A stretch of DNA of 64,000 bases from Octopus sinensis (GCF_006345805.1 NW_021832432.1:620001-684000); one strand, 5' to 3'. Positions 24,473 to 37,282 are shown, counted from the stretch's first letter. Numbers and translations: made by a program. The notes: generated by a model not told the origin, from the sequence alone.

Positions 24473-25258
24473 TTAACCCTCTAGCATTCAGGTTACTCTA
24501 TGAAATGTAATGCATTATTTATTCACAGTGAAGGTGCATGGCCCAGTGGTTAGAGCGTCAAGCTTAAGATCATGAGGTTGTGAGCTCGAATCCTGGACCG
24601 GGCTGTGTGTTGTGTTCTTGAGCAAGAAACTTTATTTCACATTGCTCCAGTTCACTCAGCTCTAGAAATGAGTTGCGACGTCACAGGTGCTAAGCTGTAT
24701 TGGCCTTTGCCTTTCCCTTGGATAACACTGGTGGCGTGGAGAGGGGAGGCTGGTATGCATGGGTGACTGCTGGTCTTCCATAAAAACAACCTTGCCCAGA
24801 CTTGTGCTTGGGAGGGTAACTTTCTAAGTGCAATCCCATGGTCAGTGTCGTGACCGCGTCTCATTTATTCACATTGTTTTGAATTAACCATGCATTGTCT
24901 CATAGCTTCAAGATTTTGTTGATGTGGTTGTTTATTTTTAGAATGATATTGTATGATGTATGCAAGAGAGGCTGAACTTGGTCAGTTTGAACATAAGACA
25001 GGTAGAATATTTGGGTAGAATATGGTCAATTTAACCCTTTAGCGTTCAGATTACTCTGTCAAATGTAATGGTTATTTATTCCCGTTGTTTTGAATTAATC
25101 ATGGATTATCTCAAAGCTTTCAGATTTTGATGATGTGATTGGATATTTTTAGAATGGAATTATAGGATGGATAGTAGAGGTCAAATCTGACCAGTTTAAA
25201 CATAAAACAGGTAAAATATTTTAGCTGGATATGGCCAGTTTGAATGTTAACGGGTTAA
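24473..25258 (+). mobile_element. Two tandem TTAA MITEs (second piggyBac-like family)
   Basis: TTAACCCT(C/T)TAGC(A/G)TTCAG starts at 24473 and 25031; end TTTGAATGTTAACGGGTTAA at 25258. Confidence 0.75.
24528..24862 (+). mobile_element. Family D SINE
   Basis: 11-bp TSD ATTTATTCACA at 24517-24527 and 24863-24873. Confidence 0.9.
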
Positions 25259-25674
25259 ATGATAAAGGGTCAAATGATTGCAACTGAATGGACTCTGCTA
25301 AAGTTAACCAAGGGCCAGGCTGCAAATTAAATCTGCCACCCAAGAACAGGAATGAACCTTTCAATAGATTTCCAAGCAGTTACCATCAGCAAAATTTCAC
25401 TGACAAGGCTTTATATGATCTGAGCCTATGGTAGTAGAAGAAAAGAAAATTTCCTAAGATACCTTACAGAGGGATTGAACCCAAAAGCACATATTTCTAA
25501 AGACAACTTCTTAACCATACAACAATGCCTATGACCATTATAATATACAAAACAAAGGCGGTGAGCTGGCAGAATTGCTAGCACACTGGACATGTTCTCA
25601 CATAAGATTGGAAATGAAGGACACCACTTGTATGCTGGTGACACTCATTTACAACAATAATGCAATATCAAGAC

Positions 25675-25990
25675 AAGGTGATATCAACTCATAAAGACTC
25701 CCATTGGTCAAAAATGACCACAGGAGTGCACTTAGAAAGTTACCCTCCAAAGCACAAGTCCAGGCAAGGTGGTTTATGGAAGGTCAGTAGTCACCCATGC
25801 ATACTAGCCTCCCATCACCATGCCACCAATGTTATCCATGGGAAAGGAAAAGACTAATACAGCTTGTCACCAGTGATACTGCAACTCATTTGCACAGCTG
25901 AGTGAACTAGACCAATATGAAATAAAGTGTCTTGCTCAAGAACACAATACATAGCCCAATTCAGGAATTGAACTCACAACCACGTGACTG
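25675..25990 (-). mobile_element. Family D SINE
   Basis: Reverse complement of 24528-24862. Confidence 0.8.
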
Positions 25991-26184
25991 TATGTGTGTG
26001 TGTGTGTGTGTGTCTTTCAGTTTGTGTTCACCTAACCCACCCCACACCCACTTTACAATGAGTGTTGATATTTTTACATTCCTGTAACTTAGCAGATTGA
26101 CAAAAGAGACCGTTAGAATAAGTACCAGAGTTTGAAAATTTACATTAGTTCTGGGGTGGGGGGTGAATTCTTCAACAAAACCTT

Positions 26185-26600
26185 GGATCTTTTCGGTTTG
26201 AACGGCAGTTTTTAACATAATTTCTAGTTAACTAAAAAATTTTAAACTTCGTATACTGGTAGAATGTGTTTATAAAACATCTTTTTCTTTTGGCTTTATT
26301 GAGAAAATTCTATAGTTTGTAAGATATTTGTTGTTGTTTTTCTTCAATTTCAACCAATCACTGATGTATTTGAGGTAAAAAGCATTCTGTGCCGTATGAA
26401 TATGACCCTTGTTTAAGAAACAGATTGGGTTTATTTACATTTGTGAAGAAAAAAAGATACCCTTCCCCCACCCCTAACTCTAACTAATCCTAACCCTAAA
26501 ATAGATTGAAATGCAATAGATCAATACTAGGGTCATAATTATGGGTGACAATTTCATATGACACTGCTAGAACAAACTGCCGTTCAAACCGAAAAGATCC
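26185..26600. mobile_element. MITE with 27-bp TIRs and 8-bp TSD (Merlin-like)
   Basis: TIR GGATCTTTTCGGTTTGAACGGCAGTTT; TSD AAAACCTT at 26177-26184 and 26601-26608. Confidence 0.85.
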
Positions 26601-26763
26601 AAAACCTTACAAAGTAGGGTCCTAGTTTGGCTGCAATCCAATGACTAAATTTAGTAAAAGACATATTTGAACACTGAGTGCTTTCTTAGAGACAGAGTGT
26701 CTTTAAGATACTGTAGTTGATGGTTTTGCTTCAGTTTATATTATGTTAATTCAGATAAATATT

Positions 26764-27209
26764 CTTTTCTACTCTACACAAAAGGCCTGAAATTTTGGGG
26801 AGAGGGAACCAGTTGATTAGATCGACCCCAGTATGTAACTAGTACTTAATTTATCGACCCCCAAAAGGATAAAAGGCAAAGTTGACCTCGGCAGAATTTG
26901 AACTTGGAATGTAAAGACAGACGGAATACTGCTTAGCATTTTGTCTCACGTGCTAATGTCTCTGCCAGCTTGCCGCCTTAATTCAGATAAATATTCTTTT
27001 CTACTATAGGCACAAGTCCTGAAATTTTGGGGGAGGGGACCAGTCGATTAGATCGACCCCAGAATACAACTGGTACATAATTTATCGATCCCAAAAGGGT
27101 GAAAGGCAAAATAGACTTTAGCGGAATTTGAACTCAGAACATAAAGACAGACGAAATATCGCTAAGCATTTCGCCCCGCAAGCTATTGTTTCTGCTAGCT
27201 CGCTGCCTT
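26764..27209 (-). mobile_element. Two head-to-tail C SINEs
   Basis: TTAATTCAGATAAATATT occurs at 26746, 26978 and 27208. Confidence 0.85.
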
Positions 27210-27443
27210 AATTCAGATAAATATTAAATCTTATTATGACTTTTAACTTACAGTAATTTAAATTCCCGTCAGTGCTTCAAGTTAAAAATTCTGGGTTAAT
27301 AACTTGAACCTTTATAATATTAAATTTAACCCACGTTGCAAATCTGATTTATGTAATTTCTCTCCGACTTTTCTATGATTTTTTTGTTTATTATCCTTAT
27401 AATAATCTTTGTCATGTTGTCACACGGTATTGAATTTTCTGAA

Positions 27444-28014
27444 ACACACACACACACGCATTCACACACTCACACACACTCAGACACACGCACATTCACA
27501 AACACACACACGCATTCATGCAGCCACACACATTCACACACTGACACACACACATTCACGCATTCACACACATTCACAGACACACACTCACACACACATA
27601 TTCACACACACATATTCACACACTCACAAACGTACATTCACACACTCACGCACACACTTACGCACACACTGACACACATTCATGCACAGACACACATTTA
27701 CACACTCATACACACACTCACATGCTCATTCACACATGCACATTCACACACTCACACATGCACAGACACACATTCACATACACATTTACACACTCACACA
27801 CACACATTCACACACTCATGCATGCACTCACACACTCACATACACACTCACACACACACATTTAAAACTCACACACACACTTACACACATGCACATTCAC
27901 ACACACATTCACAGACTCGCACACACTCATACACACACTCACACAGACACTCACACAATCACACACACACACTCACACATACACAATCACACTCACACAC
28001 ACACACACACACAT
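27444..28014. repeat. Degenerate (CA)n low-complexity tract
   Basis: Source of the HT-rich ORFs. Confidence 0.95.
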
Positions 28015-28164
28015 GTACCCTCGCATTTGCACTTTTACACTCAAACACAGAGGATTAACACAATATATGTAACCATAACCAAATCACAATTTTTTGTGTA
28101 TAACCCTGGGCAAGTAGAGTATTTGATGGCATATACGATGCACTTTTTTTCTCTCTTTTTGTTC

Positions 28165-28500
28165 TGAAGGCAGTATGCTGGCACAATTGTTAGCATGCTG
28201 GGGAAAATGCTAGGCAGCATTTTGCCCATCTTTCTGTTCTGAGTTCAAATGCCACCAAGGTTGACTTTACTTTTCATCTTTTCAGAGTTGATAAAATAAG
28301 TACCATTATTTACATTATTTACAACAAACAAGATGAGGACAAATATCCGTCAATTGTAAATAATGTAAATAATGTACATAATTCCTCATCTTCTGAATAT
28401 AGAACTATATTAAAATAAGTACCAGTTGAGTACTGGGGTCACTGAAATTGACTAACCTCTTCCCAAAAGAATTCAGGCTTTGTACCTATAGTTCAAAGGA
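28165..28500 (+). mobile_element. Family C SINE interrupted by an F remnant
   Basis: Head at about 28165; continues after 28423. Confidence 0.75.
28305..28410 (+). mobile_element. Collapsed F unit
   Basis: Same termini as 2107-2634; 13-bp TSD TAAAATAAGTACC at 28292-28304 and 28411-28423. Confidence 0.8.
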
Positions 28501-28661
28501 TATATGATGCACTTTTTAAAAAAAATGTCTTGAAAATAACGTTGGGTCCTTTATGCCAAATTGGGCAACCCATAAGCTAATTTTGTCCCTGTGTTCATCT
28601 ATTGGCTAATTTTAATCAAAATGGTCTCTTCTACTTAGCCTGATTTACTTTTTATACACAC

Positions 28662-28803
28662 CCACTACACTCTCGGAGTGGTTAGCATTAGGAAGGGCAT
28701 CCAGCTGTAGAAACCTTGCCAAAAATCAGATTGGAACCTGGTGCAGCTCCCTGGCTTAACAGTTTTCAGTCAAACCCATGCCAGCATGGAAAATAGACGT
28801 TAA

Positions 28804-28833
<30 letters not shown>
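28662..28833 (+). mobile_element. Family A repeat
   Basis: Core plus (GAT)n tail. Confidence 0.8.
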
Positions 28834-28834
<1 letters not shown>

Positions 28835-29199
28835 GATGATGATTGATGATGATTATGATGATATTATATTACACTACATGGTAATTGATTTCTATGTGAA
28901 CTTATAGCCGGTTCTGAATTGGGAGCTTACTGTGATTGCCGCATGTTCCTATGAATCCATATTTCTTATTACTGTTTTATATATCATCATCATCATCAAA
29001 ATACTTTCTTTGATATGTTAACTTACCAGTGTTTCTACACACACACCCACTTACCCACACACACAACCAAACACACACATAACCAAACACACACATAACC
29101 AAACACACACACACAAACACACATATATATGTATATACATATATATAAGATTCATCAAACCAAGTGAAATCATATGTGATATCACCAATGTCGATATCA

Positions 29200-29367
29200 C
29201 ATAACTGGCAAGTAAAAAGCATCCAATGCATTCTTGGAGAGGTTACCATTAGGAAGGGCATCAAGCTGAAGAAACCATGCCAAGATTGGAACCTGGTGCA
29301 GCCCTCCAGTTTACCAAACTGTCTAACCTATGCCAGCATGGAAGCAGATGCTAAATGCTGCTGATGA
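29200..29367 (+). mobile_element. Family A repeat, degenerate
   Basis: ATTAGGAAGGGCATCAAGCTG core. Confidence 0.7.
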
Positions 29368-29463
29368 TATATACATACATACTTACATACATGCATACAT
29401 ACATACATACATACATACATACATACATACATACATACATACATACATACATACATACATGCA

Positions 29464-29888
29464 TATTTGGGGATGGTCATGTTGCCAGTTTAGCCAATAA
29501 AACACACACACTATATATTTAGTGTTAATTTCTTCAGCTTTATTTATTAAATTGTATTTCGACCAGAGTTCTTTCATCACACTTCTGTGACCTTATCAGT
29601 GGTCTTTTGCTTTCTTCTTTCTTATTTGTGTGTCTTTCCTTACTAACTATCAGCCATTTTATATTTATATTTACTATTGTATAAAATGGCTGATCGTTAG
29701 TAAGGAAAGACACACAAATTTTGAAAGAAGAAAGCAAAGGACCACTGATGAGGTCACAGAAGTGTGACGAAAGAACTCTGGCCGAAATACGATTAACGTA
29801 AAAATAAATAAAGCTGAAGCAAATTTACACCAAATATATAGTGCATGTGTTTTATTGGCTAAACTGGCAACATGACCATCCCCAAATA
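29464..29888. mobile_element. About 200-bp-arm fold-back (Penelope-like), 16-nt loop
   Basis: 29464-29663 is inverted relative to 29680-29888; an outer-arm homolog lies at about 54585-54720. Confidence 0.85.
29740..29783 (+). ncRNA. Minimal hammerhead motif, second family
   Basis: GACCA-CUGAUGA-G-GUCAC(AGAAGU)GUGAC-GAAA-GAAC-UC-UGGCC. The mirror copy at 29561-29604 (-) has perfect stem I GACCA/UGGUC. Confidence 0.6.
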
Positions 29889-30082
29889 CAACAATATCTG
29901 TTTCAACACACGGTTTCCCATCAAGAATCTTGCAAAATGAATATATATATATATATATATATTTTGACAGCCAGCTTCCTGAAGATTTCATCTGAATGAA
30001 ACAGTTCTAGTCCTGTAGAAGCTCCTTCTATAAAATAAATTACTTTACTCTGCTATGTATTGAGTACCTTATTTACTGTGGT

Positions 30083-30644
30083 TAACCCCGACTCAACCCG
30101 GGACCTACATGCCTTTCCTCCCTTGGACACAAAGACCTGTTGAGGCAAGCGAAGTCGATATAGAACCTCATCCGACGACAGGCACCCATCCCAACCCCCT
30201 TTGCTTGCGAAGACATATTGGGGCAAGCGAAATCGAAATCGAAATCGAATTGAACCAGCCAGGATCCCTGGTCTGGTGGTATGTAAAAAGCACTATCCGA
30301 CTCGTGGCTGATGCCAGCGCCGCCTTGACTGGCTTCCGTGCCGGTGGCACGTAAAATACACCAGTCCGACCGTGGCCGTTGCCAGCCTCGGTGGCACGTA
30401 AAATACACCAATCCGACCGTGGCCGTTGCCAGCCTCGCCTGGCACCTGTGCAGGTGGCATGTAAAAAGCACCCACTACACTCACGGAGTGGTTGGCGTTA
30501 GGAAGGGCATCCAGCTGTAGAAACATTGCGAGATAAGACTGGAGCCTGGTGCAGCCTTCTGGCTTCCCAGATCTCCGGTCGAACCGTCCAACCCATGCTA
30601 GCATGGAGAACGGACGTTAAACGATGATGATGATGATGATGATG
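30083..30644 (+). mobile_element. Family A repeat (long form)
   Basis: (GAAATC)n, internal units at 30343, 30390 and 30453, core, (GAT)n. Confidence 0.85.
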
Positions 30645-31034
30645 ATATATATATATATGGTGAACTGGAGAGAGGAATGTGGAATTACTTGCCTATATAA
30701 ATTCGGAAATGCTGTTTATCTTATCTTATGTTCGATATCGATTGATCGAACGTGCAAGAGTTATGTTAGCATTTTCAAATTTATAATCTTGAAATATCAT
30801 GCTGACAAAAGAAATGAATTTTATAATTCTAATCCTGAAACACGTACATGATTAATCGAAGACTGGTTAGTTTTGTTGCTTTTTTCTTCTTTTTGCCTAT
30901 GTGAGTTACGAGTATTACTGTCTGTGGAGATATATTGTAGTAGAAGAATTAGTAGTTTTGACTGCTATTTCTAAATTTTCGGTATGTGGTGAATCAACCT
31001 TTTGCTAATCCCTTAATTATGTATGTATGTGTGT

Positions 31035-31110
<76 letters not shown>

Positions 31111-31423
31111 CAAGTGTCATGAATACACAAGCTTTGTATTTACAGAAACCTATCTTATTTATATATATATTTATATATATATAAATATAGGGACAGGGAC
31201 AGCTGATGAAGGGGATTTTTCCTTGTGTAGTTTGTCTTGTACTCTGTTTTTTTTGTTTAGGTCCGTTTCCACGTTTGTTTTACGTTTTCGTTTCTTGTTG
31301 AGTTCTACGTCTATTTGTGGTGTCCTGTACTCACGTATATATATTTATATATGCATGTATATATACATGTAGATGTAGGTACGTACATATATGTATGTAT
31401 GTATGCATATATTTTATTTATTA

Positions 31424-31478
<55 letters not shown>

Positions 31479-31659
31479 GGCAAGTGTCATGAATACACAA
31501 GCTTTGTATTTACAGAAACCTATCTTATTTAACAATATCAAAATCCCTAAATACATGATTAGATTAAAGTAAGGACTCTATAATAGTTTTATGAGACTTA
31601 AATTTATGTAATTCAGAGCAATTTCTTCCTGCAATCTCACCAAATGCAACAGCTAACTT

Positions 31660-32520
31660 AATAGCATTGACAGCATCAATCACAATAACCACACCAAGCA
31701 TGCCGTCCACCACATTAGCATTAATCATAACAACAACACCAAGAACAGTCAAAATAGCCACACGATTACCACCAGCCTGTACCGAACCACACCAGTCATC
31801 AGCCATAAATCACTACCAACAACAACAACATCATCCACACCACCATCGCCAGCAACATCGTCAACTCCGCCACCAACATTATTCATGCCAACACGACCAC
31901 CAAGCACGTCGTCCACACCGCTTGCGTCAATAGCCACACTATCACCATCGACAATATCAGTGATAACAGCACAACCACACCAATACGCAAACACTACCAC
32001 TGACAACCGCATCACCACCAACCACATCAACTGCAATATCAACACCGATACCGAGTCTACAAACCACCACCATCAATTAAACAAGTCACAATGCCACCAC
32101 CACAACCACCACCAACACCACCACCAACACCACTACCAAAACCACCGCCACCACCACCACAACCACCACAACCACCACCACCACAACCACAACCACCACC
32201 ACCAGCACCACCACCAAAACCACCACAACCATCACGACCACCACCAACACCACCACCACCACCACTAACACCAACACCACTGCCACTGCCACCATCACCA
32301 CCACCACCACCGCCACCACCACAACCACTACCACCACCACCACCACCACCAACACAACCTCCACCACCACCACCACCACCACCACCACTACCACTGCAAC
32401 CACCACCACCACTGCAACCACCACCAACAACACCACCAACACCAACACCACCACCACACCACCACCACCACACCCACCACCACCAACTACAGCCACCACT
32501 ACCACCACTATCAGCCATAC
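31660..32520. repeat. Degenerate (CAC/CAA)n trinucleotide region
   Basis: Gives Pro-, His- and Thr-rich frames. Confidence 0.9.
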
Positions 32521-32685
32521 TAACAGCCAAAGAATGTCTTTGTGTGACACAATGAAATTCAATCAGCTTCAATTAATGGTTATTACTATCTGTTTAAGCA
32601 GAGGCTTGGAAGCCATGCTATATGTAAATCTCTGGTAATCTTTTGAATTACGAGATAGACAATTACTAGTGGCATTAATTGTTAG

Positions 32686-32743
32686 GCTGGAGTTCTTCAG
32701 AACAGCAGCAGTTCTAAGACTGTAAAGATTGGATGGTGCCAAG
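32686..32743 (+). CDS. Candidate exon, AGVLQNSSSSKTVKIGWCQ
   Basis: ttgttag|...CAAG|gtaata; phase 0 to 1. Confidence 0.22.
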
Positions 32744-33098
32744 GTAATATTTCATAGAATCAAAGACGTTTCAGAGAAGTATAATATGCATTCGTTTCTT
32801 TTATAAGTTCGGTAAGATTGATGAAGACAAGAAAAATTGTTGAATGGTTATGAATTGGTACCTAAGTTGAAATCATGTCAGCAAGATTGTCACAAAGATG
32901 CTGATGTTAAGCTTAGAACCGCACATTCGTTTGTCAAACATTGATAAGCCAGTCTAATACAGTAGGTACCTGATCTGCTTATGTAGCTGTTAATTTTCTC
33001 ACTACACAATATTTGGAATTGTGTATCTGAAATTCAAAGATTTTGAATCTTGATTAAAGAAATAGATTGAGTAAGAGTTAAGATTTCTTACCTTTCAG

Positions 33099-33130
33099 AT
33101 TGTCAGAGTTCTCATCTGTTTATTCCAAAA
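33099..33130 (+). CDS. Candidate exon, (D)CQSSHLFIPK
   Basis: atttcttacctttcag acceptor, AAA|gtataa donor; phase-compatible with 32686-32743. Confidence 0.22.
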
Positions 33131-33204
33131 GTATAAAACGAAAGCTGTACAGAAGTGTGTTTATGTTCTTAGCTGAGACATCTCTAGCTCTTATGGGCTC
33201 ATTC

Positions 33205-33390
33205 TTCTTCTTCTTCTTCTTCTTCTTCTTCTTTAGTCCCATTGCATGGCATCCTGAGCGAGCATCTTCTATAGCTCCAGGCCAACCAAAGCCTGGATGT
33301 TTCCAAGTGCATTTAAATACCTAACCACAATGATCACAGTGGGGCATCCCAATCCACTGGGAGCATCCATTGCTGAGTTCCAAATAACTG
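33205..33390 (-). pseudogene. Probable RTE-like LINE 3' end with (GAA)n tail
   Basis: LENIQAL...KMLAQD...AMGL followed by a GAA tail. Confidence 0.4.
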
Positions 33391-33616
33391 TAAGGGTGAA
33401 ACAAACATAGGAGCCAACAATATAATATATAAATTAGAGAAAAACCAATATTATGCAATTCAAACAATTGTTTGAATTGTATACTAGTGGTTTTTCTCTA
33501 ATTTATTTATATATATATATATATATGTATATATATCCTCAAATAGACCTACACATGTCTGTACTGTATTGATTAGTAACCGTTGCAATTTCAACCATAC
33601 TATATACTATAATAGA

Positions 33617-33915
33617 AGCATATGGCCTAGTAGTTAGAGCTGTGGACTTGCCGTCAAGGGATCACGCGTTCAAATCTCAGACCAGGCGACGTGTGTGTTT
33701 ATGAGCGAAGCACATAAGCTCCACACGGCTCCGGCAGAAGGTAATCGCGAACTTCTGCTGACTCTTTCGACACAAATTTCTCACTCTTTCCTCCTGCATC
33801 TTGCAGCTCACCTGCAACGGACCGGCATCCCATCCAGGTGGGGAACCTATACACCAAGGAAACCGGAAAACTGGCCCTATGAGCCAGGCATGGCCCGAGA
33901 AGGAACAGACAACAA
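33617..33915 (+). mobile_element. Family E SINE, tail type 2
   Basis: Matches 4263-4566. Confidence 0.8.
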
Positions 33916-34462
33916 CATATTCTATAATGGCAGTGCAGTTTCTTCAGGGTCTTCACTTTAATATCCTTTGATTTAACTGTTTATACACGTGCACTCACAC
34001 ACACACACACATGCACACACATGTATATATATATATATATATATGCAGACAACATGAGAAAACCATAGCTTTGTTAATTGAAAGCAGTTTTATGTGTAAT
34101 TCATGTGTTTAATGATGCAAAGAGTTCAGCCTGTTTGAAAGTACTACATCATCAAAGTCCATCATGTAATTAAATTAAACTCGATTTTAATGACAGCAAT
34201 TATAGTAAAGAGATTGTCTGGCATTTGTAATAGCAATCAGTAAAGCAGTAATTGCTATAGAATTAATAGAAAATCCCTATTACGCACGAAATAATGAGAA
34301 GGTCACCAAATACTTGTTCAAATAGCTAGTAAGAACAGAACAACTAATTCTCCCTCAAATCTCAACATAACATCTTAGAAATGGACAAAACATCAGCTAA
34401 TGCTGTTCTGGATGAAGTACTCCACTAATAGACTAATGGAAGCAGTGAATCAGATTGGAATG

Positions 34463-34800
34463 TCTTCATCATCGTCATCGTTTAATGTCCGCTTTCCGTG
34501 CTAGCATGGGTTGGAAAATTTGACTGAGAGCTGATGAACCAGATGGTTGCACCAGGCTCCAATCTTGATCTGGCAGAGTTTCTACAGCTGGATGCCTTTC
34601 CTAATGCCAACCACTCCGAGAGTGTAGTGGGCTCCAGTCAGATGGTACTGGCAATGACGTCGCTCAAATCTTTTTACACATGTCACTGGCACAGGTGCCA
34701 GTAAGGCGACGCTGGTAATGATCACGCTCGAATGGTGCCTTTTATGTGCCATTCGAGTGTGATTGTTACCAGCATCGCCTTACTGGTACCTGTGCTGGTC
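34463..34800 (-). mobile_element. Family A repeat
   Basis: CTGGATGCCTTTCCTAATGCCAACC core. Confidence 0.8.
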
Positions 34801-35295
34801 TTATTTATCATTTTTCTTTTGTCTTTTACATGTTTCAGCCATTAGACTGCAACCATGCTGGAGCACTGCTTTCAAGAGTTTGGTCTAACAAATCAACCCC
34901 ACTACTTATTTTTGAGTCTAGTATTTATTCTAACAATCTCTTTAGTTAAACCTCTAGGTTACAGTGACATAAACAAACCAACATCGGTTGTCAAGTGTCA
35001 GTGATGGACAGGACTGGACTGACCATTTAGCTAAAGAAGTACATGCTTAGGGCATCAAACGACAAAGAGGGCCACTACAGAAACGGTAAGTGATTTATGG
35101 CACAAATGAAATCACTTTAAACTTGCTAAAATAATATTTGGAATGCCTTATCTTTACTAAGTATTGAAGCAGATGTGCTATATAAGATTAATTTTGAGGA
35201 TCTGAAATTAATGGGTGCAAAATTTCACAGCTCTAGCATCATTCCTTCATAGTTAGCCTATGAACTTTTCAGCCCTCCCTTGTATGTATATGTGT

Positions 35296-35336
<41 letters not shown>

Positions 35337-35539
35337 ACCCCTCCCACACCAAACGTGCCATCCCCTACTCCCAATTCCTCTGTCTCCAACGTCTGCGCAG
35401 CTGTGACCAGGATTTTGAGACTCTGTCTCAGTACTTGGCCCTTTGTTCACTCGTTGCAAATATCCCTCCACTCCTTCTCCATGCCATCTTAATCTGTATC
35501 TGCCATGTTGATTTGAACTCCCAAGAAACTTCATCATCA

Positions 35540-36450
35540 ATGTAGATATAGACAGGTTATACTTCCCATGCAAGGATTGTAGTTGTGATCACAAATCTGT
35601 ATTGATACCATATGAAGCACGTATTGTGACACTGAAACATCTGCAGCAGAGGAAAGAGACCAGTAACTATCTTGCTCAAGCTTGTGATCATGAAAGATAG
35701 CTAATGAATTTGAGAAGTATGAAATAAGAACTGATGCAGATCTCTCCCCAAGCAGCGTTGATAAAATCTATTTGTTAGGACAAAATAAAAAAAATTCACC
35801 AGTGCACTGAGAAAATTGTACATGGGTACTTGGCACAAAAATCTCAAACCATAGAAGGGACTGATCATGTCAAAAGCTTGGCATGGAGTACTGACAAGTT
35901 TATGACATCCTACTTTGAAGGCTACCTCCATTCAAGAGATCTCTGCCAAGTACCTACAGCATAAAAGTCAGAAAACGTTGATAGACAACAAACATAGGCT
36001 GTACAAGACCAAGATTGAAGACATCAACCATATTATTGCCAACTGCAAGAGAATGTCTTCCAACTATTATCTTCCCATGAATCATAATGTGGTGACCAGA
36101 CAGTGTGGAACAGGAAAGCAAAACAAAACCATCTACAGACGAAGTTGACTATATTGCAACCAATGGTTTAAAAGAATACCATTGGGACTTGGGAATTAAA
36201 ACAGTCACCAAGTTAAAATACAATCGACCAGATACTGTTGTGTGAGACCACAAAGAAAAGATGTATTCTGTTGTGGAAATGAACTGCCTTTTCGACACCA
36301 ATATGGTTAGAAAAATACAAGAGGACATCTATGGACCACCGATAAGGAGTTTGCAAATTTAGTACCCAAATTTGCAAATTAGTCAGCCAGTAGTAATAGT
36401 TTAGTCTGCTATAAGAGTTAACTAAATTTATGATTTGCTGACTTTCTAAT
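35540..36450 (+). pseudogene. Decayed RLE-type non-LTR retrotransposon 3' region
   Basis: LHGY...FEGY..IQEISAKYL...EDINHIIANC...HNVV, then WDLGIKT...NRPDTVV...EMNCLFD (PD..E/D nuclease motif). Confidence 0.85.
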
Positions 36451-37282
36451 TCCACTTAGATAACCATTAAATAAACAAAATTTATGTAAACATGATCTAC
36501 TTTAGATTTTGTTTACTTAAATTTATGTACAATGATCAGGTCGGTTTTATGAACCCTTAAGTTTTTAAACCCATTCTGCAACATGTTGGTTGGTGTCATA
36601 ATAGTTGCAAGGTGTACGGAAGTGTCACATAACTGTATAGACTCTTAATCAGGTTCTTTCAGTGCAGGAAACCTGGGGGTTCCAACAAGTAACCATGGTA
36701 ATGTTTATTACTATTGCTACTTCTATCCAACTTATATCTTCCTTCATTCACTACAACACTGATGGAAGAGGTAAAACAATGCCAGCTGGATATGAGTTCA
36801 CATGATTGGCATGGTATCCTACTTTTATAGGATTAATAAATTTAATAAATAAAACTTGCAAATAAAAAATTAAATGGTTTTCTTTTTAATAGTATCAGTT
36901 TAGGAGTGATGGGAAGAGTAGGATAGGAGTGATGGGAAGAGTAGGATAGGAGTCAATAATAAGTATTCTGGTCATTCTAGATTTATAGCCTCATAGTTAC
37001 TGCCTTTCATAGGTGGCGTATTAGCAGTAATAGCATTGAATAAGAATGACTGCTTCCCCGGTATTTGTTTTGAGTTTTGAGTTCAAATCTCATTGAAATA
37101 AACTTTGCATTTCATCTTTTTGTGGTTGATAGAAAAGGTATCGAGCCTGCATGATTGATTGGTGGAACACACTTCTCGGTATCTGATCTGATTCTCTGCA
37201 TTCTGAATCCAAATCTCTCTGGGATCAACTTTGCTTTTCATTCTTTTGCCATCAATATAAAAAAATCAAGAGAGAATATTGG

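Noticed and set aside
31203-31230. CTGATGA plus hairpin
   Set aside because: Followed by GTGT, not GAAA.
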